Shown here piece by piece: positions 24,961 to 38,400 of a stretch of DNA of 64,000 nucleotides. Origin of the DNA: Cenococcum geophilum (taxonomy: Eukaryota); NCBI GenBank assembly GCA_050273025.1, contig CP158635.1, positions 32,984,001-33,048,000 of the forward strand, read 5' to 3'. Both the position numbers and the translations under genes were made by a program. The notes beneath the pieces are model-generated. The model had not been told where the DNA came from. It searched no databases and worked only from the letters and a program-made list of their open reading frames with translations. Numbering within the stretch: position 1 is the stretch's first letter; the number at the start of each line of letters is the position of its first letter.

Positions 24961-26849
24961 AAGTAGAGGATATAATTTGCCTTTAAAACGAGGTTATTAA
25001 AGCTCTAAATGACGCGAATTCTCGACGCTTTATTAAACTCCCCTATAGGAACCAATGTCCTATAGCTTCCGTTCTCCTATTCCTAGCTAAGTAAAACTTA
25101 AAGACAACATCTGCCCGGCTAAGTCTTCGTCCTTACGACGCTGCAGCTTACGCTTTACCTATTCTATGGCTTCCTCTCCGTTTTCTATCTTTTTAACTAT
25201 ATCTAATAGCACTTTGCCTAGCTTCTGCGACCCATTTAAAAGAAAAATCCTAAGTAGGGTAAACCGTCTCCTATATAAGGGGGAAGCGCTTAAAGTAGGG
25301 CGGAAACCAAATATGTCTAAGACTTATAAAACTGTTAACATATAAAAAGCCATATTATTTATAATATTTACTTTAACCTGCTTAAGTTAGTTATCAAAGG
25401 AGATCTATTTAAAGAATTTTTAAGAAGATAAAGCATTTTTTATCTAAAGCCAATTATTCCCATCCTCTACCTTACGTTCCACCTATTTAATCATTTCTAG
25501 CCCACCTTTTATAAGTATAAGATTACCCGAGAATACCGTGTATTTAACTACTAAACTATCAGAATTAAATATCCCTAAAAAGATACATTCGCCGTAATAT
25601 AGGTACAGGCCTTATTGCTAGCACTGCCGTATATAGCAGAGGGTAAAAATATCTATAACCTATAGAACTATTAGACTAATATAACTAAAGGGTATATAGT
25701 ATCTTTTACCTTAACACCGTTATAATCTATACTAGGTTTATTAAAGCCCTATAGGAAATCCTGAGGAGAAACTAGAAGACAATCTGGTCTGATAATTAAA
25801 TTGTCCTTTATAATTTCCGGCAGCTTCATTACAATGTTATTCTTGAGGTAAAAGTATTAGGTAAGAATAATGACGGGAGTAGAGGTTTAGTGGCCTCTTT
25901 ATACAGGACTAGAGGATATATATTTATATACGCTCTAGGGCATATTCTCTTCACCTGTAAATATTGAGATAATTTCTATAAGTCGCCCGCACCTCTTCCG
26001 TAAGGCGCGTTAGTGCGATGACGGTTCTTAGGAACGGGCGGTATTATATAAGCCCTGCCCTACCAAAAATCAGCCCCGCTAAAGAAAAATCAGCCCCTTT
26101 AAAGGGTTTTAATATCTATTTACTAATGCATCCATTACTTGCATCTTTCTTAGACTTATTATGTCCGCACTATAGATAGCTTCTGGCATAAATAGCAGAT
26201 ATTTAGATTACTTACGCGCCTTTCTATTAGTATGGAGCTAATCCTTATCCTCCTAAAAGGAGGACATCCCCTTTTATAAAATACCTAACAGTAAAGCAAC
26301 GTTACCTTATATTTCACTATATATTAAGGTATTGCCAACGCTAGGTAGATTAGCAGTATGCTAATAAAAAATATTTAGAAAGTCGCTAGGCAGCATACTG
26401 CTAAAATCCTCCGCACTACTAAAGACGTGGTCTCCGTCGAAAACCAATATCTAGTATATTATAATAATATAAATAAGGAAATCTAGGCGAACCCCGGGGA
26501 TAGCGCGGCAAAGGCTATAGTAATATTAGTACTTAGCCAGCTAAGTTCGGATAACGGTTTACTGGGGTTTAAGATTTCTATAAAATATAAATACCCTAAA
26601 CTTTAGAGCGGCAATATAATAGGCGCACTTAATAATACGCCTCAACACTTTACAGGGAAGGGGGGTGGACATGCTCACATATCTATATGGGTTTGTACGG
26701 CCGTAGCCTTATAGGAGCCGTTTAAGGCTATAGGTTCCTTGGAAGCAGAGTAGGAATAATATTAAAATATATAGGGAGTGCTATATTGCGAATTCTGGTT
26801 TAGGTTAAGGCTTACTATATATAGAAATGTAGGGTACAAATTGAGCTAG

Positions 26850-28430
26850 TTATTTATCACTGTAGTAACTGGCGGAGTGATTGGCTAAAGATTAGAATTT
26901 AAATCGAGAGGAATTAATAGAGGATCTGAATAGATTTTAGGAATTAAGAGGTTTAAAAGGGGAAGGTACTTTGGAATTTAAGTAATAGTCTAGGTATGTA
27001 TTAGAAGGAATTAATAGTAGATCTAAGTAGATTTAAGGAATTAAGATAGGTTTAAAAAAGAAGGACATCCTAGGGGTTGAGTAATGGCTTAGGTCGAGAG
27101 GGATTTCCAAAGGGTATAAGTAGATCTTAGGGATCAAGGTAGATCTAAAAGGTAATAGTATCTTAAAAGGGTCCGAATAAAGATTGGCTAGTATAACTAT
27201 ACTGTGTTGGTTCCTTAAAGATATTAGAAATATTTAATCGGAACTCCCGTTAGGGACGGCTTGCGGACTGCTTATTTTAGATAACTCGCGCCTAGTACGT
27301 TTGGTATTAGACTACTTAGTAGTAATCGATCTTTTTATACCCCTAGGGTTTTGGATAGCGCTGCTGGCTTCGGGCTGACTTGTAGAGTTAGTATTAGCAC
27401 GATAGAGATATATATTCTTTAGGTTCCTTGCTAAGGGGGACAATTCCGTCCATTTCTAGCATTGTGGTTGTGTTTCCATCCAAGCAATCAATATATCGAA
27501 TTCTTTAGGTGCTATATACCTTTTAATACTATTATAGGTTAGTTGTTAATTTAATAGAGATAATTGAAAACTAATATTATACTAGAATTTAGGTTATAGA
27601 GACTAATAAGTACTCCAGGTTTAAGATAACTCCATTTCTAGCTAGCAATATCATTTAGTTTAAGGCGCTCTCCTCCTAATAGATAGGCCATCTCCCGTGC
27701 TAAAGCTCTAAATCGTTAGCCCTTTTTAGGCCTATAACCTTCTTTCTTTAATCGCTCTACCTTATTATCTAGCGTCTTAGACAGAATAGATTTTATCAAC
27801 CTACGACTAACTACATTTTTGCCTACGTTAAGGATATCAGCTAGGTTATAAATTATTACCTAGTTATTAGCTCCTGCTGGTTTAATATATAGTTCCCAGA
27901 GGGCTTTAAGTAATCCGCCCTTAGCCGGATTATAAAGCTTAAGGAACTGTTCTAATTCGCGATTATCTAGAGACTGAATTTTTGTACAAACTGTAACTAG
28001 TCGCTCTATGGCTGCCGGCGATAAATTCTAGCGTTTTATAAGCGTGGTTTCTGCTCCCTTAAAGGCGGGGCTTCCTCTATAAAGTAGGTCTAGGCTTTTA
28101 TTAGGAGGTAGGGTTCCTTATCTTTTAAGAATCCGGAATAATAAAATAAATTTAACTATAGCTTTCCTGGTCTCTAGATCTATAGGGGTCGTTAAGGCCT
28201 TTAGGGCTTTTATAGCTTTTAGGGCTTTTGCGGCTTTTAGAATTGCTAGGGCGTTTTAAGGGCCTAAAACCGTTAGGGTTTTATTTAAGCTAAGCGCCTC
28301 TCTATAGTTAGTGGGTAAGGCCTTTAGAATTTTATCTACCACTCTTTTATAGGCTTTTACTGCTTCGCCTTTATTAGTAGAGCGCAAAAATTGCGCAAAA
28401 AGCTCGATCTTATTTAACAATAACTATTAT
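26850..28430 (-). pseudogene. RIP-inactivated hypothetical protein with degenerate ~95-bp C-terminal repeats
   Basis: Long frame LNKIELFAQFLRSTNKGEAVKAYKRVVDKILKALP... with RIP stops. About three degenerate repeat units at 26905-27170. Confidence 0.35.
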
Positions 28431-28686
28431 CTATAAGTACCCCTTATAAAAGGAGTAATAGAAGGTAAACCTATGGTGTAATAAGGACGGACGGTGCGAG
28501 CAAGCTATAATAGTGCACTGGGAAGGACTGCTTCTTTGTTCTATAACAAATAATAATTAGCCTTAGGAAGGGAAATGCTATAAAATAGAATTACCATAGC
28601 GCTAAAATCCATTTCACTACACTTCTAAAGTAAAGAGGCATTCGCGATCCTATAGGCTAGCTAAACTAAGAAAAGAAGGCAATGGG

Positions 28687-28859
28687 GTGCAAGAGTAAGG
28701 AAAGCAGGAAACGTTATAGGGGATTATCGTTACAATCGCAACGATAATACCCCTGCAATTTTAACTTGGTGTGTAAGAGTAAGGGAAGCAGGAAACGTTG
28801 TAGGGGATTATCGTTGCGATCGCAACGATAATACCCCTGCAATTTTAACTTGGCGTGCA
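28687..28859. repeat. Two tandem 84-bp units, each containing a ~45-bp hairpin with a 26-bp palindrome core
   Basis: AAGAGTAAGG recurs at 28691 and 28775. ATTATCGTTGCGATCGCAACGATAAT is a perfect palindrome at 28807-28832, with a RIPed copy at 28723-28748. It is flanked by TTGTAGGGG...CCCCTGCAA. Confidence 0.9.
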
Positions 28860-29348
28860 TTGGCCCCTCGCCTTATTATCCCTAAGACGCCACACTTTGC
28901 CAAACTCCACCACTGCGACTCGTGCTCCTCTGAAGATTTACGATAGAAAACTAAACAGCTAATTAAAGTGAGGATTTGCAGCCGTTTCCCCGGTTAATTA
29001 GACGTAGCTTATCCGCTGCCGTAAAGTCTAAAAGCTCCTGTTAATTTCTTTTTAACGATGCGACGATGTGTCCTGTAAGAATTAAAAGCTAAAACGCCTT
29101 AATAAACCTAAAAATGCTTTAAATCTCAAGGGTGTAGGATAGAGATAAGTAATATATAAAGCTAATTTCGCCCCATTACTGGGGATATATAGTTGCCTTC
29201 ACCATCTACTTTACCGGTTACCTTATCGCCTTCTTCTACAGCTTTTATTCATTACTTCCTTAACTTTACTATTTTTACCGCTCCTTTTAAACCATTCCCT
29301 AGTCTGTCCTATTTCTACTAGCTATTTACGGCCACTTTATTCTTTAAT

Positions 29349-31530
29349 ATGGATGCTACTTCTTTAACAATTGGCTCGCTCTTTTAAGCTACAATTCGCT
29401 GAACCCTACTAGTCTTAGACTAGTATATTTGGCAGCCTCTTATAACTATTACTAGCAGCTAGGATTGAGATTCGGGCTATAGTGCATTAACTACTAACCT
29501 TGGCCTAGGAGCAAGTGCCTTATTATATACCGATATTGATCTAAAGAGGGCGTCTTCGATTACATTAGAAAGCTATCCTAAATTAACTACTAAGCTTGAA
29601 ACTTCTTTACGTTCTGGTACTTACCAACTTAAGGGTATACAAGGCTAGTAAACGGAATCTCTAAAGTCGCGTCCTAGCACCGGCCTATTGGGGTATTAAA
29701 TTACTATAGGCCTAAAAGACCAATAAACGGCAGGTGCGGGTCTGGGAAATCCCAACCGCCTAAAATACTAACAAGTCGCTTAAACACCTAATGATTTAAT
29801 ATTGAGTGAAATTCTCTATATCCACCTAGATAAGAGGACTGTGAATAAACTCTCTTACTCCTTAATTCATTCCTTTTCCAAGTCTTAACGGGAGTTCCTT
29901 AGTGCTCTTTATAGAAAAACTAGAGAGCAATAAGTATAGAATATTATCTATTCACCCACTTTCCTTAAAATAATGTGTAACCACTCTAACGCATATATAT
30001 TTTAAGTACGTTTAATATCTCTTATGCAGTATCTATTCTAATTAAATTGCAGACTATAATTTAGGGGAATCTCCAAGGTTTGGAGAACTATATTAAAGAG
30101 AGAGGTGTGGAGAATATTTTAAAGTGGAGGCCGCGTCTATCCATTATGGACCCTTAATAGTAGTTATTTATATCTAGCTTAGGAAACTAAATCTTCCGCC
30201 TTAATACCTTATCTTTACATCTAATGGCATTCGGCAGCGTTAGGCTTATATGTATACATTCCTAAAGGTCAAGTATTAGGTAACACTAAGCAGATACAAA
30301 ATGTATAATAATAAATCAGCATAATGCGTACGGCGATAATTTTTAGCTATGCCTGCCGTACGGAATCCTTTACCAGATTCTATCTAAAGGAAGGGTAGAA
30401 TAGTAATACTAAAGAACCTAATTCCGTTAGTCGGAGTAGGGGCTACAGCTACTATATCCGCGACGGTCCTAATAGCTCTTATCTGATTAATATTATAACT
30501 TCTTTATATATCTTTTAAGGGTGCTCCTCCTTCTGCTGCTAATTTTGCTTTCCTTTGCTCTTTCCTGCGATAGCTACTTATTAAATTCGACCGCTTACGC
30601 ATATGGATATATTTCGAGCAACCTATATTATTATTTCAGCTTTTAAAACCTCCCTATCTTTTAAGATTCGGAGACTATATTTTGAAGAATTCCCAATAAA
30701 TATATACGACTTTTACGCAGTTGATCTTATTAATGCGCTTCTTAGTTCTACCTCGAGGGTTTATAGTATAGAAAGCCTATACAATAAAAACGAAGCCAAG
30801 GTGGTTAAGTCACCATAGGCTAGGCAAGATTCGACGGTGCTAATTGGCGAAACTGTAATTTTTGGCGTCCTTGTTATAAGTGGCCTAGAACCCCAGCTAC
30901 CGCCTAAGGAGGGCATTTATATAGTACCACTATTTATCTAGTATAAGTTTGTAAGCTAATAAAACGAAGGTATTCTTAATAGCCTCCTAGAGGGTATTAA
31001 AAATCTACGTCGAGATAAAAACCTAGATAATATTAAGTTTTATAAGGAAAAAACTTAAGCTAAGGGGCATTAGTATAGGTCTTAGGTTGTAGGCTTAGGG
31101 GCGTGGCTAATTTTGCGCTAGGTACTCCCAAGATTGCTAGATGAAAATCTCTACTCTTACTGTATACGGGTCTTATCAGAAGTCTAGTCTAGGTAGAATA
31201 CTTATTAAAATAGCAGTAAAAAAGCAGGACGAAGAGGGAAAGAAGATATAGGTGTTAGCTATGCTAGTAAGCCAACTTATTTTAAGGCACTTTGGGTTTA
31301 ATATTAAGACCAAATTAATAGAAGGTCCGGTAGAGTATCTATACGGTTTTAGTGCTTGTGAACTATAGCGCCGCATTATAAGCGTACAGCTAGGAGACGA
31401 AGATTAATACGGGGTATAATAATGTAGAAAACTTGCAAGTTACTAGCTAAAATAAAAGATTTATACTCTTCTCTTTTTCTGTTTAGCATTACCTAAAATT
31501 ATAGACGGTATTAAATACTCGATCTAGTAA
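29349..31530 (+). pseudogene. RIP-inactivated large hypothetical protein (possibly more than one gene)
   Basis: ATG at 29349 (MDATSLTIGSLF...). Protein-like frames include track ORF 30603-30818. No family recognised. Confidence 0.3.
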
Positions 31531-33912
31531 TAGAATGGAGAAGGTAACTAACCCCTATACGCCCTAAGTGCCTTCTTTAGTTATTTATCGCCTAAGGTTT
31601 AGGCGATAACTTATTAGGAAGCCGCTTAGTTAAGTTATTTAGCGGTAATAATATAGCATTTATATAGCCCGCCTTATTTCTTAGGAATAATATCGTTATA
31701 AGCTAGCCTGCTCCTACTTTCATCTTTATTCTTTTCTATTTTCTTAGATATTTAAGATTATGGCTCCCTTTAGCAGATTTACCTACCCTACCCTCGCCCT
31801 TATTGTAACTACTTGGTTTTTACGGCATCTAAACCCTTCTATTATTGAAATAGCGTTATATAGTGCCTTTCTCTACTTATTTATTATTTTCTTCTGGGTA
31901 ATATACCTCTCTAAAAAGTTAGCCGAAGATTCCAAGGTCTAGTACGTTTGGCTTTATTACGTTAGTATTGCTTTTAGTTGGCATTTGCGATTATAGCTTT
32001 AATAAAATTGCCCTAAATACGCATTTTTTATTTAGCTATTAGGTTTCTAGTATATAGGTATAATTGGGATAGTAGCGTAAACTACTAAGACGGAAATTGA
32101 GGCCGTAAGGTCAACTTTGACGTATAAAGCCCCCCCCCTGATTTTAGCTATTAGTTTACTAATATATAATATAGTTACGCAAGCCTTATATTGGCCATTT
32201 TTATAATTATATAACATTAAGAGTTCTATTTTTGGCATTGGAAAATAGTGTAAAGGTGATCTTTTACTTTATAAGAAAATTATTTTTCTGGCTTATACGG
32301 AGCGTTAGGGAGGTTTTGCAATCTATGAAATAAATTGCCCCTCCAATAACTGGGGAAAATGTAACTGTTATTATTGACTTAGCTATTGCACCTAGGAGCC
32401 CCGGCTTCTCTCGCTTCTATAATATAGTAAGCAACTTCTGGCGCTTTAACTCCTCGCAGTAACCCTAGGACTATTAGTATAAGAAAGATCTAACGTATTA
32501 GCTAGGGGCTGCCTAAATCGTGACCTTATATAGTTTTTCTGCATATTCCATAATATGGTAGAAGTATTAGGTAGGCTACGTTTAGCGCGGCTGCTAGAAC
32601 TGGCGGCGTTTAGCTAAATAGTTAGTGCGACCCTAGGGAAGGCGAGAGGACTAGTCTTATAAAACTAAACTAGTAGGGGTAATACTGGTGGCGTTAGCTA
32701 AGACACTTAAATAACTTAAAATTCTCTATTTGCAAAACCCCGCTTTACTACGATATATTAGGACCTAGTAATTTTACTAATACCTATTTCTAAACGCTAC
32801 TACGTATAATGGACATTAGGGCTAATGCTACTGCAAAGTAGGTGCGGGATGCAGTTCAGCATAACCTAGAGTAGTGGTAGCGTTTCCTGGCAAGTATATA
32901 GGCCTAGGCTAAGGCGCCTTTTTTTAATAAGGATTAGCAGAAATTTACGAATAAGGAAGCTAGAAATATTATTATATCACGGCGCGGCTGGAATGATATG
33001 AATTTACCTAAAAGGGAAAAAATTCTAGAACGCGTAAACGAAAAGCTAAGAAATAATAGGTTAAATGAAGTAAACCAGAAGGCTATAAGCTGGCGTATGC
33101 TAAAAGCTATTAGAAGTGCTACTGGTTAGTTTTAATATAAACATTATAACTAGTACGTTTTCACTAAGTTATATTTTAGTTTTAGGGGATAAGGAATCCT
33201 AAGGGGAATTAACTAATAAACCTATTTAGAAGCTCCCGTGGGATCCTATATAAGATAATATATAAAAATAAGTGGCGGGTGGTGCGTGTAGGCGTATAGC
33301 TGTATAGATTATTAAAGATAGGCGCTTGAATTAAAGCCTAATGTAAGCAGTGCCTGTCTCGCCTTATAAAATTAGCAGCGTATTATGCCCTAATTAACGT
33401 AGCTATGCCTTATACAAATTTGTGCCGTATAATGCTGCTGCCTATATAAGTAGTACCCAAAAATATAGGACTTTTGCTCTTCTAGTTACCGAGTCTCCAC
33501 TACGAAATTGAGAATAGAATATTCTATATAGGCCGGCCGTCTTAGCGCAATCCTCTAAGCTCTAAGAACTACAGGAGTAGGCCTTACTATTTGCTTCTTA
33601 TATTTAAACGCTAAGCCGTTCCATTGGGGTATAATAAGGTATTTAGGTATAAGTGTAATTAATAATAAACCTTATATACGAACTTCTGTAGTATTTCTAA
33701 GTTGTTACTGTGTTTTGATTTAACTGTAGGCGTGTATACTACGCGCTTTGGTTTGTGGAGGATTTAGGCAGCCCTATATATAGGAAGCCGCTTAGTGCTA
33801 GTAGCTCCGCCATGCTTCCCTTACACAAATACTTACTTAGTATACTCCATTTCTATTTTCTATAAATACTTTCCTTCTATAACTGGCAACGAAAATCTAT
33901 TAACAACTTCCT

Positions 33913-35110
33913 ATGGCAACTCCGAACTACTGGGCTACTAGCTCTATAAGTAACTAAAGGCAAATTATACGCACTAGAGACTTATTATTAGATAAGGCTG
34001 GCGAGAGCACTACTAACTTTTGCGTTAGTAATATGACGAGCGATATCCAGCTCTATCTTTCTCCTCCCCCTTTAGTGGATATTAATGAGGAACTAATACC
34101 TACTAAGCTTAACAGCGTTAGGGAGACGGTAATTACTACTAATTCTAGTGTTGACGATATGACGACGAGCATTTAGCCCTATCTTTCTCACCCTCCGGTA
34201 GATATTAATAAGAAATTAATACCTCCTAAGCTTAACTCTCCCAGCGGTGTTAGAGCGACGGCGACTTTTTTTAGTATTAGCGCGCTAAGCTAACTCTTTC
34301 CCTCTTTTGTGAATGCTACTAAGGACCCAACCTACCCTAATGATAATAATACCCCCTCTATATACTCTAGAGTGGAGGATGGACTTGCTTAAGACTACTT
34401 TAAGGGGGAACCAAGCGCATCCTTAACCCCTACGCAATTATCGCCAGTAATACCAGTCGGGGGTTGCACCCTTTAGCTGACTGTTTTCGGTTCGGCCGTA
34501 GGAGCAACAGCTAGGGATAATATTATTAAGCATTTAAAAGTTTATGTAAGTAACTAGTTTATATTCTTGTAGAAGAAAACTAACCGCTATAAGAAATTTG
34601 TTACCACGTTTCGTAGAACGGCAAAACTTTATTTTGATAATTATTAAACGTTTAGGCTTAAAGCGGTATTAGGATATAGACGTCGCGGTATAAAGATCGT
34701 CTACTAGTTATTAGACGATCCTAAACTTCTAAAGTATATTAAGATAATCCGTATAACCTATAGCCCTACTAGCGAGTGGATACTGACGGGAATTTCTAAG
34801 GATGAAGATATGCCGGTATTTACGCTTAACGGAGTGGTAGATAGATCTTATAATAATTCTCTAAGGCGCTAGCGTTCTTCTGTATATATAGTGTAGACTA
34901 GAATAAATAAGGGCAAAGAGGAGATAAGGATAGTCTAGTATCCATCGCTAGGGGCGGTTATTACGTATGTGTTGGATAAGGCCGAAAGAAATGGGTGGTT
35001 ACTAAGATGCAGTTTTGCGTTTATTAGTTATGTAAAGGATAAGCGGTGTAAAGGAGTCCTTAAAGCCATTAAGAATTATATACTAATAGATAGGATATTT
35101 GTATTAATCT
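33913..35110 (+). pseudogene. RIP-inactivated hypothetical protein with internal ~125-bp repeat
   Basis: Starts MATPNYWATSS. A duplicated segment lies at ~34030-34113 and ~34156-34235. One intron-like gap at ~34546-34592. Confidence 0.3.
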
Positions 35111-35502
35111 AGCTATATAATGCATATTCGTTTCCCTGTAGTGAACTTTCTTTAATAACTAGGTGCTTAAAAGTTGGAATGGGATAAGCGAAAGGTAGGA
35201 TATAAAGCTATCTGTACGAGCCGCTATAGGAGATAAGCTAGAATGCCGAAGTGTTCTTAATTAGAGCGGTATTAAGACTTAGTACAACGTAACTAGGCTA
35301 AGCGAGAATGTAGCTTGCGCGAGGCGGTAATTAGAGTTTTACGGCTGTATATCGTATAAAGTATATAAAGAATTCAAATCTATTAGACTGGCAATTATAA
35401 GATATTCCTACTAAATGCGTTAAGGATAAGAATGCTGAACTAGAAATAGACCTCTAAGCTAAAAAGAGCACCACTATCTAAAAATGAGGATATCCTAAAG
35501 CA

Positions 35503-37070
35503 TTACCGCCGTCCCTTACGCACGGCAGCTCTGCCCTTTACTTTTATAGAGTGTACCTATAGTGATCCAACCTTAGCATGCCGGACGCGTCTTTGGTAAG
35601 ACTTAAGGGCATCTTTGGAATTTAAAAGCCCGCTCTTATGAACCTAGGTAGGCTTCTAAACTACCTTATATTCGCGCCCTAACTTAGTTATTCTTTCCCC
35701 TAGAATATTATCAATCTCCCATTTATTATCCAAGTTCATTTCATTGAATTTGTCTTTTTTAGCCTAGGTACGGCGCTTTACAGCAGGCTCTGGGTCTAAA
35801 ACGTCGCTCTAGTTATTGGCGACGCTATTGGGGAATTGTTAAGGAATGATATTTAGTATATACGACCCGTTTTCCTAGCGCCTAAGAGCTGCTTAGATTA
35901 ACCATTCTTCTAAATTAGCATTTAAGGCGGCTCTAAGTATCGCTTTATTATAGTTAGAGTTAGAGGCTAAGTTTAATAGCGGCTTTTAGGTACGAAGGCG
36001 ATTATATATAGGGGATCCAGCCCGATTATAATAATCGCTACTAAGCGTAGTGCTCTAGTCGGACGTATGCATAGATGGAATTGAAGGGGAAAGGTAAGAC
36101 CGCTAAAGACGATGCTTTGTAGTACGCTTTGGTTTCAATCTACTACTAATAGGCGCCAGCGATCCTTATCGCCCTGCACACCTATGGGCCTTGTTACTCT
36201 CATTACTATCGCCATCGCTGCTGTCGCTGTCCCCAGCGTCGTTATCATCCGTATCGCCGCTGTCGCCGCTTCTGTCGTTACAGTTCTCGGCCTTACCTTT
36301 ATCTACAACATTCTTGCCGCCCTCATTGTTATTATTATAATTATATTCTTTAGCTAAGCCGTTAATAAGATTGTTAAGATTATCTTACGGCGGTCCAATA
36401 TTACGGGAAGACGAAGATTGCTAAAGTAAAGGGCTAGTAGGCCGCGTAGCAGAGGCCGCTCGCTCCTTAATATGGTTATTGCTACCGCTAAGGTTAGGGG
36501 TGGAAGGGCTAGGAGGCGAGGTTCTCTAGAAAGCTGGTGATCTTTATTACTTCCTAGGCCGTAGGCTCTCGCCACCCTCGCTAACGGAAGTATTAGAGAT
36601 ATGATTAATGTTGTTTGGTTGCTTAAGTTAATTAAACCTCTGCTTTTTTGACTTCTTAGCTCCTAAAGACTTTTAACTGGCGCTTACCGATATTTTAAGC
36701 TCCTGCCTAAACTGCGGAGCGGTTCCAATACAATGCCCCTTAGCTAAATTATCTGTTTGACTGCTATCTAGCGTTAAAGGTGTAGTATGATTATACGTAG
36801 GTGCGTATACCTCCTCTTATAGCACTTCTAATAAAGGCAGCTCTTTATCTTCTTTGTTATCCTTATTACTGCTATTATTCCCATTATCTATTAATTATTA
36901 GATAAGGCCATTATAAATTAAAGGAGATGCACGTACCAAATTTATAGGGTATTAGTTGGTTATCGGCTTTACTAGCCTTGTTAACTTCGTTGGCTTTATT
37001 ATTAGCGTTACTAAATTTATTGCCCTTAGTTTCCGGGTCCGGATTAGCTGTATTATCTTTAATAACTATT
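35503..37070 (-). pseudogene. Low-complexity protein with C-terminal chromodomain-like module (copy 2), RIP-inactivated
   Basis: Acidic/Ser-rich body and ANLEEWLI*AALRR motif. C-terminus NKWEIDNILGERITKLGREYKVV*KPT*VHKSGLLNSKDALKSYQRRVR, paralogous to 9110-9260. Confidence 0.6.
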
Positions 37071-37094
37071 GGATTTGCTACTAGTTGTTAAAAC

Positions 37095-38400
37095 TACATA
37101 TTTGGAACTACTAGGGAAAGAGGGAAAGTGGTGGGGTAATTGTTGGGATAATTATCTTGACTACTTCCCCTAGAGACTTGACTGTCATTTCCATCTTCCT
37201 TATTATCCTCGTTATCCTCGTAATACTTATTATAAGCTTTTTTGTAATTATATATACGGTCTATAGGCACTTTATTAGACGGAATCTCTAAATTAAGGCC
37301 CTAGGTGGAATAATATGCTATTAAGTACCTAAGCTTCCAATGCTTCTTGACTTTTTGGGGGGAAAAATGGTATTTTATACTTTGTCTGAGGTATACTACT
37401 CACGCCTTTTTTAGAAGCTGTAGTTGTATAATGCTAAGACGAAGCTGTCGATTTTCTAGGGGGACTAGTGTAGAAATTGTTATTATTAAGCGAAATTTTA
37501 GGAGGGATGCGAAATGAAGATTGAGGTAGTGCTAGCATTATTACCGTCAGAGTTGCCGTTGCTTTGTGGCTTTTAAAAGCCTTAAGGGGGGAATTATAGG
37601 TCTTTTTAAGTGCACGCCAGTCCTCCGTTCGCCGCTAGCTCTTATCTATTACCTTTTACCCCTTACCTTCCGCCCGGGCTTCTTACCAAATTAAAGCACT
37701 TAATGCGTGCGCCTCTAGTATAGGCCGGAGTAGATTGTCGTTTATAGGGTATAAAGGTTTATAAGGGCTTAAATATCTAGCGCCTAATTAACACCCTTAG
37801 TAAATTGCGATCGAACTGTATCCGCCCGTCTAAGCTAGTATGTTTGGCTTTAATACAGCTATTACATCTAGCCCCTTATTAGGAGGCTGGTGGCGTAAAT
37901 TCCCTACCTTTATTCCTTGGTAAAGGGTAGCGCTAATATGTCTATTTACTTCCTGGTAATGCCAGTCTAGCTAATCCTCTACGCCGCTTATATTGGCAGG
38001 AGGTAAAGCCCCGCTTATACGTCCGCATTACGAGCTATCTATAATGGAAGGAGGTAGTATCCTTATTGGCGGCGGGCGGGGCTCTCTAATGCTAACCGCC
38101 TAGTGATGGATATGCCTGCCGTTTATACGGTGATCGTATGCATGTCTATAAATGTGCTGGGTGAAAGACTGCATAGGGATGCTCGCCCTCCTAACGTGGC
38201 TGGCTAGTGTCGGAGATTCCTGCGCAGTTGTGCCACTATGCCATTGATCCATCGTGCGCTCAAAAGCTGTAACCTTCCAATTTTGATCTAAGTGGTTCCC
38301 ACCATAGCCCCATAGCTTAGAAGGCCAGATCGTCAATCCTCCGCTCTATTACTAAGTGAGGTAGCCGGAGCTAATAGCCCCTTAGCCCTAAACTAGTAGA
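37095..38400 (-). pseudogene. Hypothetical protein, possibly diverged Gti1/Pac2 (WOPR) transcription factor
   Basis: Ordered weak motifs IAIY*GC*LG (~37800), QLLKKA*VV (~37410) and RYLIAYYST*GLNLEIPSNKVPIDRI (~37330-37255) resemble WOPR FEAC..G / GL.KKT / HL.SYY...L..PS. The KRWTDG core is not recognisable. Confidence 0.3.

Noticed and set aside
28687..28859. CRISPR-like palindromic repeats
   Set aside because: Only two units, the inter-palindrome sequence is itself repeated (no unique spacers), the context is eukaryotic, and there are no cas genes.
36112..36575. Track ORFs 36112-36357 (+, hydrophobic) and 36354-36575 (-)
   Set aside because: Antisense and off-frame shadows of the acidic/Ser-rich part of the chromo-like pseudogene 35503-37070.
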